Virus record (IMG/VR): IMGVR_UViG_3300042892_003674
DNA: 64,000 bases
Source: a virus
Lineage: Duplodnaviria > Heunggongvirae > Uroviricota > Caudoviricetes
Reading direction: 5' to 3' (one strand)
Both the position numbers and the translations under genes were made by a program. Below, one piece after another: positions 46,641-56,942 of the stretch. The notes beneath the pieces are model-generated. The model saw nothing but the letters and a program-made list of their open reading frames with translations. It did not search any database and was not told the DNA's origin. The first letter of the stretch is position 1, and each line of letters opens with the position of its first letter.

Positions 46641-49600
46641 ATGCCATTTATAGATACAAACTTAAATCAAACCTGGGTTGTTGTACAAACACCAAGTACA
46701 GGTATAACTAGAAACTCTACTGTAGGATTATACTATATAAATAGTGTAACAAATAATCAATCTGTACTAAATCAACCGGATTATACAACGGGATATACAT
46801 ATAGTCAGGGAAAAAACTATCAGATAATTACAGAAGCATCTCCAGTATCTTCAACAATAGATAGTTTGTATGTTAGATTTAGTGCACCGTTTAAAGATTC
46901 GGTTGCATCAGTTACTAGAACTTTAGCTACCTCTTCAAGTGTTGGTTTTTATACTTATGCAAGTCCTTTATCTACACTAAAGTCGAAATCAATAGTTAAA
47001 TATGGTGCCAATGAAACTTTTGCACAATCAATAATTACAAATTCTACATTAAATGAAATTGACTTTCTAATAAATGGTTATAGAGAGTTTAGTTATCTAG
47101 ATATACCAATTGATGATAGTACTCAACCAAATGGTTGGTATTTTAATTCTGGTTCATATAACTGGTCTTATAACACTAATAATATAGCACCAACATATTC
47201 AGTATTTGGATCTGGATTAGATGATATTATTACTAAAAACTTTATTGCAAAACCTATCGAGTACGATACATTTAGTTTAGAGTTAAAATATACATCTTCT
47301 GCATTTACTAATACAAGTGATGGAATGAGTATTTATATAGTTAGGACTGATTTATTAAAATCACCAGGTTCTTGGGGTCCTTCTATTGTAAGTCTTACAA
47401 ATTCAACAACATTTGCAACTAGTAGTTTGGTAGGTACAAATACAAATGGTTCTAAAAATTATTTAGTTATTACTGCATCTCAGAGTGCTAATTATATGGC
47501 GAATTTATCTAATATTTATATTGTTGGTGCTTATCATCCGGATAATAATAGATTGCAACTAACTAGTGATGGTAGTAATAGTTATTCTGGTACTACACCA
47601 ATAATGGTTGATCTACCTAGTGCAACATATTCACACACATTATTACAAAATGGAATACCTTATATACTATCATCTAGAATTGGTAATGGTTTATTTAGGG
47701 TTGGTATTTGGGAAAATGGTGTTTGGAATAGTGGTTGGAGAGATGATGAAGAATCTAGAGATTTTGATGATGTTGCATTTTCGGTTTTAACTGAGTCTGA
47801 TATCTCATGGAAGATTGAAATTAGAGGTTCTACATATTCAATTGGAAACTTTGCAACTGGGTCAGCAGTATCAATTGGTAATATTGTTGCGATAGATATA
47901 AATGATAATAGAAAACTTTTAAAAGATTTTTATAAAATAGAGAATTTAGGTATTGGTTATAATTACTCACCAACTGGAGAGACGCAATCTGCATATGGAT
48001 GGTTAAGAGTAAATCTAGATACTACTTTCCCTTACAGAAGAATTGAAAAAGATTCACAAAATCACAAGATAAAAGTAACTAAAAATATTTGGTTATCGGG
48101 TGGATTCTTCAATGGGTATTTCTCAGGTGTTTGGAATAATGGACTATTCAAAGGATTTCCACTTATTACAGAGATGTTCAATACACATTGGATTGATGGA
48201 TTCTTTAATGGAGGTCGCTTTAATTCTATCTATTCAGATGTTTATACATTTAGTGGATTAGAGCCTCGTCAAGCATGTAGCAATGGTTATATAAATCTTA
48301 CATTTTTGGATCAGTATACATCATTCTTACCGGGAGATTATATATTGATTACACTATCTAGTGGAGTTAGTAGTAGTTTTGGTGGAATTGCACAAGTTAT
48401 TGCAGTAGATCATCAGATTGATGCAAATGGTGATATAAGAGATGTTATTACGATTGATAAGATATTTAGTGGTAATATATTATACTCTTCTACAGGAACT
48501 ATTTTAGGATCTGTAATAAGATATACTGCAACTGGTCTAATACAAAACTTTAAATTCTATGATAATAATAGATCTAAAATAAAATCAATTGATAATCCAT
48601 TATCAACTGCGGTATTTAGCTTTAATTCTTGGATTGATGTAAATTATGATGATACAAGATCGGTTACTTTAGGTAGAGATTTTAGAATGTATGAACCGCT
48701 TACAAAAAAATCTATAAATAGAAATAACTTATATGGTTATCCAACTTATGACGTTTTGGGATCTTTATCACGTTTTAGAGATAGTAATACTTTAGATTAT
48801 AAGTTATATAAATTAGGTACTAAATATAAGGTATTTACAGACCTTGTTGGAAATGGTTCTGGATTTAACGAACCATTTAATGAGTTAGACTTTAGTAATT
48901 TTACAAATGCTGGTTGGACATATTCATATAGTAATGTAAATAATTTTACTTTAAAAAGAACAGAGAATATAATATCATTAAATAATACAACATCTACAGA
49001 TTTCTTAAACTCTGGGGTGACTGGTGATGAGTTATATATAACTGCAAGTAATACTGGATTGATATTAAATAATAGTAATGTAAATATTCTAAAATCTAGA
49101 TATTCAGTTATAGAATTTGATGTTATAACGTATAGTGTTACAAACTATAACTTTACATATAAAAATCCTGATATTTATTTAGGAAAAGGTATTGATAGTA
49201 CTGGTTTAACATTTAGTGAGTCAATTTTTGCGGGCCCACTTTCATCACTAAGTAATACTATAACAAGTAGTTATATACTATCAGGTCCTTCTGGTATAGA
49301 AGTAGATGATATTGTAGTTATGGTTGATTTATATGGTGATGTACCTGGTACAACAATTAATTTAAGAGCACCTAATGGTAGTATAATAAATCTTAAAAAG
49401 AATGGAAGTGGTTTGGGTGGAAGACTGGCAAAAACTAAATTTAGTTTAAGAGATGTTTATACTAAATTCAGTCTAATTACAACACCATACAGTTTAAATA
49501 ATACAACTATTTCTTATACTGATACGTATTTAATGGATAGAGAAATAAGTCAAGGTGATGCACCATATTTATCTGATGTTAATACATTATCAGCATTGAC

Positions 49601-51233
49601 AAGTTTAAATACATCCATTTATGGCACATGGACATTATACATTAAATATAATCCACTTGGTGTAGTTCCTTGTGATTTAACAAATTGGTCAATAACTATT
49701 CAATATAAAGACTTGGTTAGTATAGATACAGAACCAATTTCAACATTACCAATATTAAACTTTTCTAATCTTAATTATGATATTACTACACAATTATCTG
49801 GTTATGACAATGTACAAATTTACAAGAAAATGAATTATCTCCCAATACGAGAAAATGTCAACCATCTAAGAGTTAATAATACATTTAGATTGGACTCTAT
49901 TGAAGAATCTAGACCTACTAAGTGGGGTGGATTTGGAAAAAATCAACCAACTAAAAAGTACGAGTATTTCTATAATAAAACTGATATGATGTTAAGTATC
50001 AACGGTAATGGTGCAACAGGTGCAAGTACATCAATGGTTGTATTAGATAATCTTAACGTGTATGAAGTAGATATGATTCCATTCTTTAAATATTTTGATG
50101 AGTCAAATATTTATAAAGGAATACAAATTCCATATATTGGAGAAGCACCTAATATTGATTATCTAAATTCAGACTTTGTATTCATTGATAATATTACTGT
50201 TGGTGTTGATGCAATTGATGCAAATGGAAATAACTCACTCGGAGTAAATTGTCAGGTTGGTGTGGTGATTACTAATAGTGACACATTTACTGTTGTTCCA
50301 AACCCATCTATACTGGCAAGAAATAATACTGATGATGTTACATTAAATGCAACTACAACTGGAACATTAGCACTTGATCCTACGACAGTTAGTTGGTCAC
50401 TTGTATCTGGAAATCCAATAACAATTATTGCAAGTAATACTTTAACACCTACCATAACAGGGTTATCATCTGGTACTTATCAGCTTAGAGTTGCAGCAAC
50501 ATCTGTTTTACCAGGTTCGATATCACCTTCTGCACCATCACCTTCTGCACCATCATCAGGACCTCAAATACCAGTAACTTCGGAGGCATTTGTTACTATT
50601 GTTGTTGGTGTACCTGCGGTTAGTGGTCCTTCGATAACAATTACGAATCCTAATAAGAGTAAAGGTATTACATATAGTTTGGATGATCTAAACCTACAAT
50701 TCCCTGGTAAGAATTTAACTTATACTGAACTTATTTCCGGATATAGTAGTTCGGTGGGTATGGCGGCTAGTATTAAAATTACTTCACTAACAAATATTGG
50801 TAATTTAATTATTGATAATGGTTCATATACTAATTTAACAGTAAATAGTATTATTACAGTGGGTGATTTAATTTCAGGAAGAATGGCTTATTTTCCTTTT
50901 AGTAATCCAACATATACAACAGGAACGACAATACCAGAAACTACTGCAATTGGATCACATTATTCAACATCATTCTCATATGTAATTATTGATAGTGCTG
51001 GTAATATAAGTCCACAAACTGTTACATTTACATTATACTGTACTAAAGTTAATGCTTTGTCTGGACCTAGTCCAAGTCCTAGTTCATCTCCTAGTCCTAG
51101 CTCATCTCCACCTTCTTCTGGTGAACCATCAAATGCATCGGGAGATCAAGATGAAATACCATCACCAGCATCTGATGGTGGTCCTAGTGATGATGGAGGT
51201 GATGGATATGATTATGATCCTTATGGTGGTTAA
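46641..51233 (+). CDS. Giant structural protein with FNGG-type repeats and a Pro/Ser-rich C-terminal linker.
   Basis: 1530 aa; WLSGGFFNGYFSGVWNNGLFKGF, HWIDGFFNGGRFNS. The C-terminus contains SPSAPSPSAPSSGPQ and PSPSPSSSPSPSSSPPSSGEPS. Confidence 0.9.
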   Translation: MPFIDTNLNQTWVVVQTPSTGITRNSTVGLYYINSVTNNQSVLNQPDYTTGYTYSQGKNYQIITEASPVSSTIDSLYVRFSAPFKDSVASVTRTLATSSSVGFYTYASPLSTLKSKSIVKYGANETFAQSIITNSTLNEIDFLINGYREFSYLDIPIDDSTQPNGWYFNSGSYNWSYNTNNIAPTYSVFGSGLDDIITKNFIAKPIEYDTFSLELKYTSSAFTNTSDGMSIYIVRTDLLKSPGSWGPSIVSLTNSTTFATSSLVGTNTNGSKNYLVITASQSANYMANLSNIYIVGAYHPDNNRLQLTSDGSNSYSGTTPIMVDLPSATYSHTLLQNGIPYILSSRIGNGLFRVGIWENGVWNSGWRDDEESRDFDDVAFSVLTESDISWKIEIRGSTYSIGNFATGSAVSIGNIVAIDINDNRKLLKDFYKIENLGIGYNYSPTGETQSAYGWLRVNLDTTFPYRRIEKDSQNHKIKVTKNIWLSGGFFNGYFSGVWNNGLFKGFPLITEMFNTHWIDGFFNGGRFNSIYSDVYTFSGLEPRQACSNGYINLTFLDQYTSFLPGDYILITLSSGVSSSFGGIAQVIAVDHQIDANGDIRDVITIDKIFSGNILYSSTGTILGSVIRYTATGLIQNFKFYDNNRSKIKSIDNPLSTAVFSFNSWIDVNYDDTRSVTLGRDFRMYEPLTKKSINRNNLYGYPTYDVLGSLSRFRDSNTLDYKLYKLGTKYKVFTDLVGNGSGFNEPFNELDFSNFTNAGWTYSYSNVNNFTLKRTENIISLNNTTSTDFLNSGVTGDELYITASNTGLILNNSNVNILKSRYSVIEFDVITYSVTNYNFTYKNPDIYLGKGIDSTGLTFSESIFAGPLSSLSNTITSSYILSGPSGIEVDDIVVMVDLYGDVPGTTINLRAPNGSIINLKKNGSGLGGRLAKTKFSLRDVYTKFSLITTPYSLNNTTISYTDTYLMDREISQGDAPYLSDVNTLSALTSLNTSIYGTWTLYIKYNPLGVVPCDLTNWSITIQYKDLVSIDTEPISTLPILNFSNLNYDITTQLSGYDNVQIYKKMNYLPIRENVNHLRVNNTFRLDSIEESRPTKWGGFGKNQPTKKYEYFYNKTDMMLSINGNGATGASTSMVVLDNLNVYEVDMIPFFKYFDESNIYKGIQIPYIGEAPNIDYLNSDFVFIDNITVGVDAIDANGNNSLGVNCQVGVVITNSDTFTVVPNPSILARNNTDDVTLNATTTGTLALDPTTVSWSLVSGNPITIIASNTLTPTITGLSSGTYQLRVAATSVLPGSISPSAPSPSAPSSGPQIPVTSEAFVTIVVGVPAVSGPSITITNPNKSKGITYSLDDLNLQFPGKNLTYTELISGYSSSVGMAASIKITSLTNIGNLIIDNGSYTNLTVNSIITVGDLISGRMAYFPFSNPTYTTGTTIPETTAIGSHYSTSFSYVIIDSAGNISPQTVTFTLYCTKVNALSGPSPSPSSSPSPSSSPPSSGEPSNASGDQDEIPSPASDGGPSDDGGDGYDYDPYGG
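50523..50552 (+). repeat. Perfect 15-nt tandem duplication encoding SPSAP x2.
   Basis: tcaccttctgcacca x2. Confidence 0.8.
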
Positions 51234-51247
51234 AACTAAAATATAAT

Positions 51248-51772
51248 ATGAATTTAAAATACGGAAAAATAGATGTAGATGTAAAGTGGAAATCACCAAG
51301 TGTAGAGTCATTTTTTTCTTGGCGTGATGATTTTTTCAAAATACCCAATGCAGAAAAATTTGATGTTTACTTATTAGGAAGTTTTGCAAATAAATTAGTA
51401 GATAATACTGGTACACCCAGTGATATTGATATTATTTTAACAGGTCATCACAATATTTATGATATTGAAAATGTAATATATCAGGGTACAAAACTAGGAA
51501 TAGAAAAGTATAGTATATTTTTTGATATTCAGTGGCATAGTGAGATAGTATTTTATAATAATATGGAAGATATTCAAAAGAAGAAATCAAATCAAGTATA
51601 TATGCATGGTAATAAATGGATAGTAAATGATGAGGTAAAAAAAGATTATAAAAATTCCGTAAAAGTATGTGAAAGTTTATATAAACTTAATTGTTATTGG
51701 CCTAGTGTTAAACAAACAGAGAGAATTAAAAATGGATATGTTTATAAAGATCCATTTTTAATTAACTACTAG
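51248..51772 (+). CDS. Minimal nucleotidyltransferase-fold protein.
   Basis: 174 aa; GSFANKLVDNTGTPSDIDIIL (GS...DxD motif of the Pol-beta NTase superfamily). Confidence 0.65.
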   Translation: MNLKYGKIDVDVKWKSPSVESFFSWRDDFFKIPNAEKFDVYLLGSFANKLVDNTGTPSDIDIILTGHHNIYDIENVIYQGTKLGIEKYSIFFDIQWHSEIVFYNNMEDIQKKKSNQVYMHGNKWIVNDEVKKDYKNSVKVCESLYKLNCYWPSVKQTERIKNGYVYKDPFLINY

Positions 51773-52469
51773 TAATTAGTAAGTAACCTACTTTACCAGG
51801 TTCATTTTTAGAACAGTGACCCATTGCATCAATACGAGTCTCTTCACCAGTTAGTTTTATTTTAGAAAGTTTTTGTTTGCCTAAAATACGTTTTTCACCA
51901 TTACAAGTTTTACAAGGTGTTAAACCTACTTTACCTTTACCAAAACAAAAAGAACATTCTTGACCCATATATTGTCCAGTTCCCTCACAGAAGTCACATC
52001 CATCATCAGAGTCAAATATCTTTAAGATATTACCATCATTATCTTTAATGATGATTTTAGATGAAAGATCTTTACCAGTACCATCACAAGGTTTACAACG
52101 AACCCATCGTTCATATTCTAAAGTACCATCAAAAGTATGATCAACTTTAATATGAATGTTAAAAACCTCATTCTTTTTAAAATTTTCTAATTTATCTTTT
52201 GTATCATCATGTGAATAATCAAAATTTGTTTCAAATAATTCAAAGTATTCATTATAACAGTTTCCAAACTTACTTTTTTTATCATAGTCTTCTCTTTCCT
52301 CACCACACAAGACATCATAAGCTTCGGTCATCTCACCAAAGATAATAGCATCACCTCCTTTGTCAGGATGGTTCTCAAATGAGAGTTTATAATACGCTTT
52401 CTTAATTTCTTTTTCAGTTGATGTATTTGCTACACCAAGTAAAGAATAATAATTTTTATTTAAGTTCAT
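51762..52469 (-). CDS. DnaJ-like protein: J-domain plus CxxCxGxG zinc finger.
   Basis: 235 aa; N-terminal J-domain with HPD (YYKLSFENHPDKGGD); CKPCDGTG, CDFCEGTG, CSFCFGKG, CKTCNGE. Confidence 0.8.
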   Translation of the reverse strand: MNLNKNYYSLLGVANTSTEKEIKKAYYKLSFENHPDKGGDAIIFGEMTEAYDVLCGEEREDYDKKSKFGNCYNEYFELFETNFDYSHDDTKDKLENFKKNEVFNIHIKVDHTFDGTLEYERWVRCKPCDGTGKDLSSKIIIKDNDGNILKIFDSDDGCDFCEGTGQYMGQECSFCFGKGKVGLTPCKTCNGEKRILGKQKLSKIKLTGEETRIDAMGHCSKNEPGKVGYLLITSS

Positions 52470-52671
52470 GTGCTATTATTAGTTCTGATATTTTTTCTTC
52501 TATAATCAAATATTCATAGTTTAAGACAATATCAGAAACATCTTCTGAAAACTCATCTTCAATTATTAAACAATCTGTGTTCTCGATAAAAGAAATCAAT
52601 TTCTTCAATCCTTGGCTTTGATAAACCGTTAAAATCTTTTCCTTACTTAAATAGCGCTTGTTAAATCCCAT
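52456..52671 (-). CDS. Hypothetical small acidic protein.
   Basis: 71 aa. Confidence 0.45.
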   Translation of the reverse strand: MGFNKRYLSKEKILTVYQSQGLKKLISFIENTDCLIIEDEFSEDVSDIVLNYEYLIIEEKISELIIAHELK

Positions 52672-52801
52672 ATTTTTATTAATTTATTTATTTTTATTAC
52701 TCTTAAAAACTTTCTATATTCTATCCAATTCATTCCTGTAGGACCAGGTTGACCTTGTGGTCCTTGTGCACCAAATGTTATATTATTATTCATATATTAG
52801 T

Positions 52802-54499
52802 TTAGTTATCATATTCTACTTCTTCAATAGAAGAAAAAACTTCCTTATTTATCTTAATAATTCTATCAAACATTTCTTGGTTCAAAATTGCGTGATGAAC
52901 CACAAATATATTGATGTTATAATCATTTGCAAACGATTTAAGAAGCAATAATATAGAATCTATACCTTCGATGTCAATTGATGAAAAAACCTCGTCTAAG
53001 AACAATATGTTGATGTGTTTCTTAGTTCTGATTAGTTTCAAATAAGCAATTAAGATCGCTATATTTACTTTTTTAGACTCTCCAGTACTTAATGAATCAT
53101 GTTCAACAACAGAACCTAATGTTTTAATTTCAGAACTAAATGTCTCATCTAATTTTACATCAAATGGTAATCCCATTTTCTTAATATTTTCTGCAATAAA
53201 ATGATTTATTGGTTTAATAATACCTGCTATAATTGATTTCTTAGCACCATCTTCACTAAATACTCTAGTTAGTTCTTTATAGAATAATTCCTTCTCTTTA
53301 CAGATAGTTATATGTTCTTGACTAACATTTTTTTTAGAATCTAATTCACCAATAGTATTTTGAAATTCTTGTACATTTACTGATTCACCAGTTTCTTTTG
53401 ATTTCTTTGTATTAAGAGAATCAATTTGAGCCTTATAATTTCTAAGAAGGTAGTTTAAATCATTAAATGAATTTGTTGTACTATCTGCAATAGTTTTTAA
53501 CTTTATTTGTTTTGATTTAATTGATGTTATATTGTCATTTATTTCTGATAATACTGATTCAAAACTTTCTTTCTTTTCAACTAATGTTGTTCTAAGACTA
53601 ATAAAGTGATCTGAATTAAAATCTGTACTACAAGTAGGACATTTACCAGAATCATAAAGACTTATTTCTTTTTGAACATTTCTTACTTCATTTTGAGTTG
53701 TACTCAATTGTCTTTTTTCAACATCTAATTCATCAGTAAGTATTTTATCTTTTTCTTTAATCTTATCTACTTTTTCTTTAAGAAGTTTATAATCTTCTTT
53801 TTTAGAATTCATTTCCTCAGTAAGAGTTTCGATTTCTTGTTGTATATTCTCTTTAGCTTTTTCGATTGCTTTTTCGATTGATTTTTGAATTGATCCAATA
53901 GAATCCTCTAATGTTCTAATTTCAGAATCTAAAGAAGCCATTCTAAGTTTATTATTCTTATTTATATCTTTAAGAATACCATTTAAAATATTGATAACTT
54001 CAAGATTAAATAATTTATCTAAAAGTAATTGTTTCTCTTCATTTGTTAAAGATATAAAGTTTTTAAAGTCATTGATTGACATTGAGATAAATGATTTGAA
54101 TGTTTCTATATCTAAACCGATATACTTTTCAATTTTATCATCAATATTCGCTTTACCTGCTCTTTCATTTGGAATTCCATTTTCAACTAATTCTAATACT
54201 GATGGAGAAATACCTCTTTTGATTTCTACATCAGTTCCATTTGAAATAAATTTTATACGATTTAATAGTTCACCGTTTATACGGTTTGGCAACGAAGATA
54301 GTTTGTGCCATTTTTTTGCTTTCCCGGATTTTACTTTTCCGTAAATAGCATATTCAAAAGATTCAAGTAATGAAGATTTACCATTACCATTATTTCCTAC
54401 AAGAAGAACTAATTCTCCTTTTTCTGTGTTTAATTTTAATACTTGTTCATTATTTCCAAAGGATTTGTAGCCTCTGATTCCTATTTCACTAATTAGCAT
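52802..54499 (-). CDS. SbcC/Rad50-like SMC-family ATPase with a zinc hook.
   Basis: 565 aa; Walker A GNNGNGKSS, long coiled coil with a CPTC hook, C-terminal signature/Walker B region (SLSTGESKK ... ILFLDEVFSSID). Confidence 0.8.
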   Translation of the reverse strand: MLISEIGIRGYKSFGNNEQVLKLNTEKGELVLLVGNNGNGKSSLLESFEYAIYGKVKSGKAKKWHKLSSLPNRINGELLNRIKFISNGTDVEIKRGISPSVLELVENGIPNERAGKANIDDKIEKYIGLDIETFKSFISMSINDFKNFISLTNEEKQLLLDKLFNLEVINILNGILKDINKNNKLRMASLDSEIRTLEDSIGSIQKSIEKAIEKAKENIQQEIETLTEEMNSKKEDYKLLKEKVDKIKEKDKILTDELDVEKRQLSTTQNEVRNVQKEISLYDSGKCPTCSTDFNSDHFISLRTTLVEKKESFESVLSEINDNITSIKSKQIKLKTIADSTTNSFNDLNYLLRNYKAQIDSLNTKKSKETGESVNVQEFQNTIGELDSKKNVSQEHITICKEKELFYKELTRVFSEDGAKKSIIAGIIKPINHFIAENIKKMGLPFDVKLDETFSSEIKTLGSVVEHDSLSTGESKKVNIAILIAYLKLIRTKKHINILFLDEVFSSIDIEGIDSILLLLKSFANDYNINIFVVHHAILNQEMFDRIIKINKEVFSSIEEVEYDN

Positions 54500-54546
54500 T
54501 TAATATAATAATTTCTTATTTATATAGTAAATGTTATATAAGTTGA

Positions 54547-54831
54547 TTATTCTTCGTCAAAGAAACCAGAAAAATCCAGTTCGTCTAGTCTTCCTAAAAT
54601 TTCATCACAAGGAATAACTTTTTTCATTATATCTAAGACTAAGTTGTTATAACCTGACCATAATTCTACCTGACCTATAATTTGTTCTAAATCATCATCT
54701 ATTGTAAGTGTTACAAAATTATCTTTATAATAAAAAGTGGTGTCATAGTAGTTATCATCATAATTTAATGAAATAAGTACTAAAACACCATCTTCAAATT
54801 TTCCTAAATATTCAATTATATCAAAGGTCAT
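54547..54831 (-). CDS. Hypothetical small acidic protein.
   Basis: 94 aa. Confidence 0.5.
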   Translation of the reverse strand: MTFDIIEYLGKFEDGVLVLISLNYDDNYYDTTFYYKDNFVTLTIDDDLEQIIGQVELWSGYNNLVLDIMKKVIPCDEILGRLDELDFSGFFDEE

Positions 54832-55109
54832 TATCCTAATATAGTTTCAATTTTTTCTTCTCTTTCTTCTTGAGTTATATTTTTCAAGTAACCACCTTTA
54901 ATTAAAGTATTCATCATACTTTTTGCTCTACCTGGCATATTGTCTGTGACTGCATACATAATATCTTTATAGTAGTTATGTATATGTTGTCTTTCTTCTT
55001 CTGAGTTTAGAGTTGATACTTTATCAAGATCTAAATAGTAATCTTCTATATTCATAGTTTTATTATAATTTTTGACCAACAATAAATTCAATCTTTTTAA
55101 ATTTATCAT
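54831..55109 (-). CDS. Hypothetical small protein. The start is more likely the internal ATG near 55055, which removes the overlap with the next ORF.
   Basis: 92 aa as drawn. Confidence 0.45.
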   Translation of the reverse strand: MINLKRLNLLLVKNYNKTMNIEDYYLDLDKVSTLNSEEERQHIHNYYKDIMYAVTDNMPGRAKSMMNTLIKGGYLKNITQEEREEKIETILG

Positions 55110-55335
55110 CAGTATCGGTGAAAACGATTTGTATTTTATCTACATCAACAAATTCCTTTGCTTCTCCAGAAAACTCATTTACCATTACGTCTTTTTTATA
55201 GATAACATCAATTCCAGGTTCTTCACCTAAAAATCTACGCATATCCTCTTTAATTTGTGATATTTTCCAATCATCATTTACAAAGTCAATTTTTGAAATA
55301 TATTCTCTAATTGAAAATTCTTTAAGTGAACTCAT
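55063..55335 (-). CDS. Hypothetical small protein.
   Basis: 90 aa. Confidence 0.5.
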   Translation of the reverse strand: MSSLKEFSIREYISKIDFVNDDWKISQIKEDMRRFLGEEPGIDVIYKKDVMVNEFSGEAKEFVDVDKIQIVFTDTDDKFKKIEFIVGQKL

Positions 55336-55368
55336 ACTTATATTTTATTTTTTATATCTTATTTATTA

Positions 55369-55701
55369 CTAAAAGTTGGGTTTATCTAAGTAGTATGTAT
55401 TATGTTCAGTAATAAACTCAAAGTTGTCGTGTAAAGTTTGACAATATCCGTTAAATGAGTGAACGTCTTCTTGTGTTAGGTTGAACCATTCACCTCTAAC
55501 TCTTTTACTTCTAAATATTCTATGAAGACTAGATTCTATTTTAGTTCCCCATTTTGATGTAAATGAGTCAACCAGATAAAGATCGGCTGCATTTCCAGTC
55601 TTAAACTCTTTAAGACGTTTTTCAATCTTTCTTTTAGTGAAACCTATCTTATGTAGTTTTTCACCTTCTATATCCGCACAAATTAAATAAATGTTTGTCA
55701 T
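55369..55701 (-). CDS. T5orf172 (GIY-YIG-like) domain protein.
   Basis: 110 aa; IYLI...KIGFTKRKIEKRLKEF...RGEWF, matching the T5orf172/MUG113 pattern that ends in GEWF. Confidence 0.7.
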   Translation of the reverse strand: MTNIYLICADIEGEKLHKIGFTKRKIEKRLKEFKTGNAADLYLVDSFTSKWGTKIESSLHRIFRSKRVRGEWFNLTQEDVHSFNGYCQTLHDNFEFITEHNTYYLDKPNF

Positions 55702-55712
55702 AGAAGTATATA

Positions 55713-56117
55713 TTACTTCTTAACAACTCTCTTTTTTACTTTTTTTGGAGATTTAACTACAGGCTTTTTATAGATCTCAACTAAGGTATCACCATAATTT
55801 ATCTTTTCATAGTAATACTTAACAGATACAAAATTATGTCTTCTATCTATTTCTAACCGACCAGTTACTTTAATATTTCTTATATTTACTATATAAGGAC
55901 CATTTTTAAGTTTTTTATAGTTTTTTAGAATAGTATCACACACCTCTCTTCTTATAAGAGGTCTTGATTTATAATTGGAATAAACAACCATTGAGTCTGA
56001 TCCTCTAACCCTACTTATTGCTTCCATACCATCATAACCATAGTTATAGTATTCTACTCTTTGTTGTGAATAAACAAAAGTGGTTATAAATAGTAATAGT
56101 ATTTTAATTATTTTCAT
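55713..56117 (-). CDS. Secreted protein with a bacterial-type signal peptide and a basic C-terminal tail.
   Basis: 134 aa; MKIIKILLLFITTFVYSQQ signal peptide; C-terminus KKPVVKSPKKVKKRVVKK. Confidence 0.65.
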   Translation of the reverse strand: MKIIKILLLFITTFVYSQQRVEYYNYGYDGMEAISRVRGSDSMVVYSNYKSRPLIRREVCDTILKNYKKLKNGPYIVNIRNIKVTGRLEIDRRHNFVSVKYYYEKINYGDTLVEIYKKPVVKSPKKVKKRVVKK

Positions 56118-56296
56118 ATTAGACTAAAGTCATGCTCTTGTACATAAACTCCAGGACTAATATACATATTCTTTTCTGTAAGACCTAATAATCTTCTTAA
56201 TTTTTTTAAACGATTATGATGTCGAACACTCTTTTTTAATCTTTCATCATAGTTCAGATTTGTATATGGATCATTATGTGGTATATATCTACTCAT
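56114..56296 (-). CDS. Hypothetical small basic protein.
   Basis: 60 aa. Confidence 0.4.
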   Translation of the reverse strand: MSRYIPHNDPYTNLNYDERLKKSVRHHNRLKKLRRLLGLTEKNMYISPGVYVQEHDFSLI

Positions 56297-56618
56297 TTAC
56301 TTTAAATATATTATTGATTTTTCTTTTTCTTGTTTTGTGTTTTGTATCACCATATTGATAATCCATATAATGTAAAGTGCCTAATGGTGCAGACATTGGT
56401 TGAACTGATACTAAATCTAATCCTACAGTTCGTGCGGCTACTTTCATTGCGATTGGTAACATATTAGTAAAACTTGACGAAGTGCTTGTTGTAGTTTGTG
56501 ATTGAAGACCAGCGTATTGTGACATCCAGGTTGCTTTAGATCCAGTTAGGCCCATATTTCCAATAAGATTGTCCCATTTATCTTGAGTATCTTTTCTGGT
56601 ATTTTTTAAATTTTTCAT
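56289..56618 (-). CDS. Hypothetical protein.
   Basis: 109 aa. Confidence 0.55.
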   Translation of the reverse strand: MKNLKNTRKDTQDKWDNLIGNMGLTGSKATWMSQYAGLQSQTTTSTSSSFTNMLPIAMKVAARTVGLDLVSVQPMSAPLGTLHYMDYQYGDTKHKTRKRKINNIFKVNE

Positions 56619-56654
56619 AATAAAAATTTGTTTATTATAGAAAGATTTATTATT

Positions 56655-56942
56655 TTAGTTTAGAGTTTTGTATTCTTCTTTAAGAGCATCTTCTAAATGT
56701 GCTTCTTGTTCTTCATCTAATTGTTTATTAAACTCTTTTTTATACCAAGAGATTAGTTTATGTACAATGATTTCTTCTGCCTCACCATTACTGATTGCTT
56801 TATAATCACCTTCTTCAATCCATTCTTTTACCTCATCAGCAAGCATTTCAGAAACAGTCTCTTCTGTGAATTGTTCTTTAATCTTCACAACTGCATGATG
56901 TTTATCAAAAGTATTCTCGTTATATTTTTTTAAATATCTCAT
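56655..56942 (-). CDS. Hypothetical protein; N-terminal signature family.
   Basis: 95 aa; MRYLKKYNENTFDKHH. Confidence 0.6.
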   Translation of the reverse strand: MRYLKKYNENTFDKHHAVVKIKEQFTEETVSEMLADEVKEWIEEGDYKAISNGEAEEIIVHKLISWYKKEFNKQLDEEQEAHLEDALKEEYKTLN

